From positions 1 through 39,046 of the IMG/VR virus record IMGVR_UViG_3300042297_000157: a DNA stretch of 39,046 nt. One strand, 5' to 3'. This DNA comes from a virus. Its lineage: Duplodnaviria; Caudoviricetes. Position numbers and translations under genes: made by a program. Each line of letters opens with the position of its first letter. Position 1 is the first letter of the stretch. This document shows positions 35,723 to 39,046 of this stretch, piece after piece. The notes beneath the pieces were generated by a model. The model ran no database searches and was not told the origin of the DNA. It saw nothing but the letters and a program-made list of their open reading frames with translations.

Positions 35723-36743
35723 AACACCATGGCACTTACAGGAATATAAGAAGGCTCTTACCAGCAAAGGTAAGGTCATTCCTATTGTGCAGGCGCAGTT
35801 AATCAAAGAGCGCTTGTCATCCACACGAGATACCGCACACCTTCACCCAAGCGAGATCGCTAAGAAGGACTGGTGCCCTCGTTCGTCTTGGTACACCATC
35901 AAGGGCTACGAGAAAGAAGACGAGAAGTTTGCGTTTCAACGCTTGAACGTCTTTGCAGAAGGTCACGCTATCCATGCCAAGTGGCAAGGGTGGCTTCGTG
36001 ATGCAGGCGTTCTCCACGGTACGTGGCAGTGTAAGAACGATATTTGTAGTCACAAATGGGTAGATTTGAGTCCACAAAAGTGCCCGTCATGCGGAACCCC
36101 TGGTCCTATCTATCGTGAAGTACCTGTAACCAACGAACAGTTTCATATCCTTGGACATGCTGACGGTATTGTCAATAATGGTAAGGACAAGCCATTCCTT
36201 ATTGAGATCAAGAGTGTTGGCGCTGGCACAATTCGTTTTGAGAGTTACGACATATTTAAAGAGTCTGAAGGTAAACCTGACGAGATGTGGAAGCGCATCC
36301 GCCAGCCATTCCAGTCTCACGTCCGTCAAGCCATGCTGTATATGTACTGCACAGGCATTGACACCATGGTCTTTATCTATGAGTGGAAAGCCACCCAAGA
36401 AGTAAAAGAGTTCGTGGTTCAGTTCCAACAAGAATTAGTTGATCCTATTCTGAGCGCTTGCGAAACGGTAGTTCGGGCGCTAGATTCATCAGTCCCACCC
36501 ATGCGCCCAGCGTGGGTAACGGATTCAGAACATAAGACATGTAAGCAATGCCCATTCAAAAACACATGCTGGAAGGAAAACGATGCGAACAATACTGCGA
36601 CCAGAACCGATGACAATGACAAACTCTTCACAGGACAACTCCTCAGTGAGGGAGAGATTCAATCAGAAGTTCACGATGCCCCCAAGACCAGCGGGAGAGA
36701 TGCCACAGGTACCCCAGTATCTGGACGAGTTATCAGACGCTGA
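35715..36743 (+). CDS. Cas4/AddB-like PD-(D/E)XK exonuclease with Fe-S staple
   Basis: 'HPSE...WCPR', 'GHAIH', 'GHADG', 'IEIKS', 'QAMLYM' and C-terminal CxxCx5C. Confidence 0.85.
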   Translation: MTETPWHLQEYKKALTSKGKVIPIVQAQLIKERLSSTRDTAHLHPSEIAKKDWCPRSSWYTIKGYEKEDEKFAFQRLNVFAEGHAIHAKWQGWLRDAGVLHGTWQCKNDICSHKWVDLSPQKCPSCGTPGPIYREVPVTNEQFHILGHADGIVNNGKDKPFLIEIKSVGAGTIRFESYDIFKESEGKPDEMWKRIRQPFQSHVRQAMLYMYCTGIDTMVFIYEWKATQEVKEFVVQFQQELVDPILSACETVVRALDSSVPPMRPAWVTDSEHKTCKQCPFKNTCWKENDANNTATRTDDNDKLFTGQLLSEGEIQSEVHDAPKTSGRDATGTPVSGRVIRR

Positions 36744-37107
36744 ACTGATGTCTCTCTACGGAGAGTTCATGGCATGGGTGTCTTATGCCAAAGCAGAATT
36801 AGTTGAAGCAGAGATCAGCGAAGAACGACAAGCAAACAACTGTCGTATCGTTGAGGCTAAGTGCTTGATCGGTCAATGGAGCGACACCGCTAAAGGTGAC
36901 ACCGTTACATTGGCTAAAGCCCGCCGAGATGTTGACCCTGCTGTTATTGAACAACAGGAAGAGCACTTGAATACTCGTGCGTACCGCAAGATGGTGGACT
37001 CAGTGTTTGAGCGCTGTGAACGTGGTGCACAAGTGTTGTCACGAGAACTAAGCCGCCGTATCAGTATTGCTCCGCAGGAGCGTAGACAAGCACGATACAA
37101 CCCATGA
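36583..37107 (+). CDS. Helical hypothetical protein, possibly a UvsY-like recombination mediator (start uncertain)
   Basis: 174 aa coiled coil ending 'LSRELSRR', in the recA/nuclease cluster. Confidence 0.55.
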   Translation: MRTILRPEPMTMTNSSQDNSSVRERFNQKFTMPPRPAGEMPQVPQYLDELSDAELMSLYGEFMAWVSYAKAELVEAEISEERQANNCRIVEAKCLIGQWSDTAKGDTVTLAKARRDVDPAVIEQQEEHLNTRAYRKMVDSVFERCERGAQVLSRELSRRISIAPQERRQARYNP

Positions 37108-37895
37108 CCATTGTTCTGTTTAAAGATGTGCCCATTGGTCCAATACCAATCACACCAATCACACCAAACATTTCTGAGGATGCTTGTCCTATTGCTCGTG
37201 ACACCTTGTTTCATTACGCAAAGAACCTTGGCGTACCAGTAGGTTACAAACAAGAACAAAACGGCAGACTGATTCAAAACGTTGTGCCCAACCCAAAGAC
37301 TGAGTACGCACAAATATCATCGTCATCTAAAGCGGACTTAGCGCTACATACTGAGACAGCCTTTCACCCCTATAAGCCTGACTACATCATGCTGTTGTGC
37401 TTGCGTGGTGATCCTAAAGCCTTTACAACGTATGCGCAGTTACAGGACATACTGCCTGAGTTAGATGACATATGCATTGCTTTGTTATCTCAACCTTTAT
37501 TTGAAACAACTGTTGACGACAGTTTTAGAACCAAGGGTGAACCTGACACGGTTGTAACAACAACTGTCTTGGGCATTAAAGATGGACGACCAACCATGTG
37601 TTACGACAAGTCTGTAATGCGTGGCACCACGGTGGCGTCCCAAGATGCTCTAGAAGAGTTTGGTCGTGCTGTAGAGAAGCACACTAAAGAGATAGCGCTG
37701 GGCAGAGGTGATTTATTGATCATTGATAACTCCAACACCATCCATGGTCGTAAGCCATTCCAAGCCAGTTATGACGGGACCGATCGTTGGGTTCAGCGTT
37801 TACTTGTCCGCAGTTACACCAGCCCAATATCTCCAGATTTGGAAATGTGCCCAACAACTGGCTACCCTGTTATTACTAAATACACAAAGGAGTGA
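37104..37895 (+). CDS. Fe(II)/2-oxoglutarate oxygenase, clavaminate synthase / AsnO-like (TauD superfamily)
   Basis: 'EQNGRLIQNVVP', HxE in 'LHTETAFHP', 'LLCLR', 'IIDN...HGR', 'DGTDRWVQR'. Confidence 0.88.
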   Translation: MTIVLFKDVPIGPIPITPITPNISEDACPIARDTLFHYAKNLGVPVGYKQEQNGRLIQNVVPNPKTEYAQISSSSKADLALHTETAFHPYKPDYIMLLCLRGDPKAFTTYAQLQDILPELDDICIALLSQPLFETTVDDSFRTKGEPDTVVTTTVLGIKDGRPTMCYDKSVMRGTTVASQDALEEFGRAVEKHTKEIALGRGDLLIIDNSNTIHGRKPFQASYDGTDRWVQRLLVRSYTSPISPDLEMCPTTGYPVITKYTKE

Positions 37896-37897
37896 AC

Positions 37898-38098
37898 ATG
37901 TTTATTTCAAAAGAAGGAATTAATGTTCCAGTTCGTCCAACAAAACAAATACTTCCACAAGAGCACTACCTTATTAAAGATTTAGTTGATCTTGTTAAAG
38001 AGTTTATGTGTAACCAACCAGTAGATAAGCATCATGCCTTTAGGTTGTTTCATGAAGCCGAAACCCTTCGTACCAAATGGCTACAGAACAATGGGTAA
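37898..38098 (+). CDS. Hypothetical protein
   Basis: About 66 aa, SD AAGGAG. Confidence 0.6.
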   Translation: MFISKEGINVPVRPTKQILPQEHYLIKDLVDLVKEFMCNQPVDKHHAFRLFHEAETLRTKWLQNNG

Positions 38099-38456
38099 CA
38101 AACACAAAGCCAAAGGTACAGCCTTTGAGACGTTGGTCAAGGAGTACTTGATCAGTGCAGGGTTTAAGAACGCCCGCAGAACAGCCCTTGCTGGAGCCAT
38201 GGACACAGGTGACATCAATGGCATTGTGCGCCGTGTAACCGAACGTGAGGTTGCGATCCAGTGCAAGAACGATAAGTCGTTTAACATCAGTGGCTGGCTC
38301 AATGATACTGTAGGGCAGGCGGATCGTTTAGGTGACGGAGTTCCTGCGCTAGTTGTGAAGAGGAAAGGTAAAGGGGAAAAAGCATTGGGTGAGTCATATG
38401 CTGTGATGAGGCTAGATGACCTGATAGAACTCTTGAAAGAGGCAGAGTACTTCTAA
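38091..38456 (+). CDS. Holliday junction resolvase (Hjc-like PD-(D/E)XK)
   Basis: 'KAKGTAFE', 'DTGDI', 'IQCKN'. Confidence 0.8.
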   Translation: MGNKHKAKGTAFETLVKEYLISAGFKNARRTALAGAMDTGDINGIVRRVTEREVAIQCKNDKSFNISGWLNDTVGQADRLGDGVPALVVKRKGKGEKALGESYAVMRLDDLIELLKEAEYF

Positions 38457-38485
38457 ACTTTGGGAACAATTTAATTCATTGTTCT
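38454..38485 (+). promoter_or_regulatory. Putative -10 (TAAACT) plus hairpin upstream of spoVS
   Basis: TAAACT at 38454-38459, GAACAAT(38464-38470)/ATTGTTC(38478-38484) inverted repeat, then SD AGGAG. Confidence 0.4.
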
Positions 38486-38500
38486 ACTAGGAGTACAATC

Positions 38501-38791
38501 ATGTCACAAGAACTTAATTCCCCAATTGAAGACGTCCTTAAAGTATCGGGTTCCAGTAACCCACAGAGCGTTGGATCCATTCTTGCCCGTGCAGTGAACG
38601 CAGGTCAAGCGCCAAAGATGCGAGCGATCGGTGCAAGTGCTGTAAATCAAGCCGCAAAAGCCGCCGCCATTGCTAGAGGCTTTGTTGCCCCACGTGGTGT
38701 TGATCTTACTTACATTATTGGCTTTGATGATATTATTGGTGATAACGGAGAATCCATTTCGGCTATCTCCTTCAAACCAATTGTGAGGTAG
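38501..38791 (+). CDS. spoVS: Stage V sporulation protein S family
   Basis: 'VLKVSGSSNPQSVG', 'RAIGASAVNQAAKAAAIARGFVAPRGVDL' and 'ISAISF' match the SpoVS signature. Confidence 0.9.
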   Translation: MSQELNSPIEDVLKVSGSSNPQSVGSILARAVNAGQAPKMRAIGASAVNQAAKAAAIARGFVAPRGVDLTYIIGFDDIIGDNGESISAISFKPIVR

Positions 38792-38793
38792 TC

Positions 38794-39015
38794 GTGGACG
38801 AAATTAGCCCAAAATTGCGAGGCACACTGCCAGCCGCCGCCCGTGCCAAGATGGTGCACCATCGTGCGTACAACGCAGGTCGTGGAGACAACCCACACGG
38901 CGCAACCACCCCAGTAGCAACTGAGCCAGATGATGAAGAGCAGTGGCTTTCTCGTTACGAAAAACATCCTGACTATGATCCAAACAAATCCTTCTTTACG
39001 AAAGTTGAAGACTAA
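38794..39015 (+). CDS. Hypothetical protein
   Basis: 73 aa, GTG start with SD GAGGT. Confidence 0.6.
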   Translation: MDEISPKLRGTLPAAARAKMVHHRAYNAGRGDNPHGATTPVATEPDDEEQWLSRYEKHPDYDPNKSFFTKVED

Positions 39016-39017
39016 TT

Positions 39018-39046
39018 ATGGGCATCTTTAACAAGATTCGTGGTGG
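39018..39046 (+). CDS. Possible start of the next gene (partial)
   Basis: ATG 2 nt after the previous stop, MGIFNKIRG..., open to the window edge. Confidence 0.4.

Noticed and set aside
37140-37166. 9-bp repeat ccaatcaca (PIT-PIT) at the start of the oxygenase
   Set aside because: Short, and it matches a Pro-rich segment expected in this family.
38-38967. Many alternative-frame and antisense ORFs in the supplied track (e.g. 91-468, 8068-8445, 12579-12980, 36873-37313)
   Set aside because: They shadow well-supported + strand genes and show no recognisable motifs.

Overview
A 39 kb slice of a tailed dsDNA phage with a contractile tail (myovirus). It is densely coding and almost entirely on the + strand. 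Positions 1-23.3 kb hold the virion module: end of an upstream gene, scaffold, N4-gp56-type major capsid, fibre-like proteins, neck, sheath, tube, chaperone, tape measure with two cell-wall hydrolase domains, baseplate and a holin-like gene. A short minus-strand island at 23.36-23.94 kb carries two small basic proteins and a structured non-coding element with divergent promoters. Positions 24-39 kb hold the replication and recombination module: HTH initiator with internal iterons, DnaC-like loader, DnaB, primase, SNF2 helicase, MerR-like HTH, SSB, PolA, RecA, two resolvase-like nucleases and a Cas4-like nuclease. Two auxiliary genes follow, a clavaminate-synthase-like Fe/2OG oxygenase and SpoVS. 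Muralytic tape-measure domains and leaderless-looking starts suggest a Gram-positive, possibly actinobacterial host, but this is inference only. The most novel-looking element is a candidate ~100-nt promoter-driven structured RNA (23808-23903, minus strand) exposing anti-Shine-Dalgarno motifs, one of which is exactly complementary to the RBS of the neighbouring replication initiator. No tRNA, CRISPR array, integrase, intron or intein was seen. All family assignments come from motif recognition by eye, not database searches.
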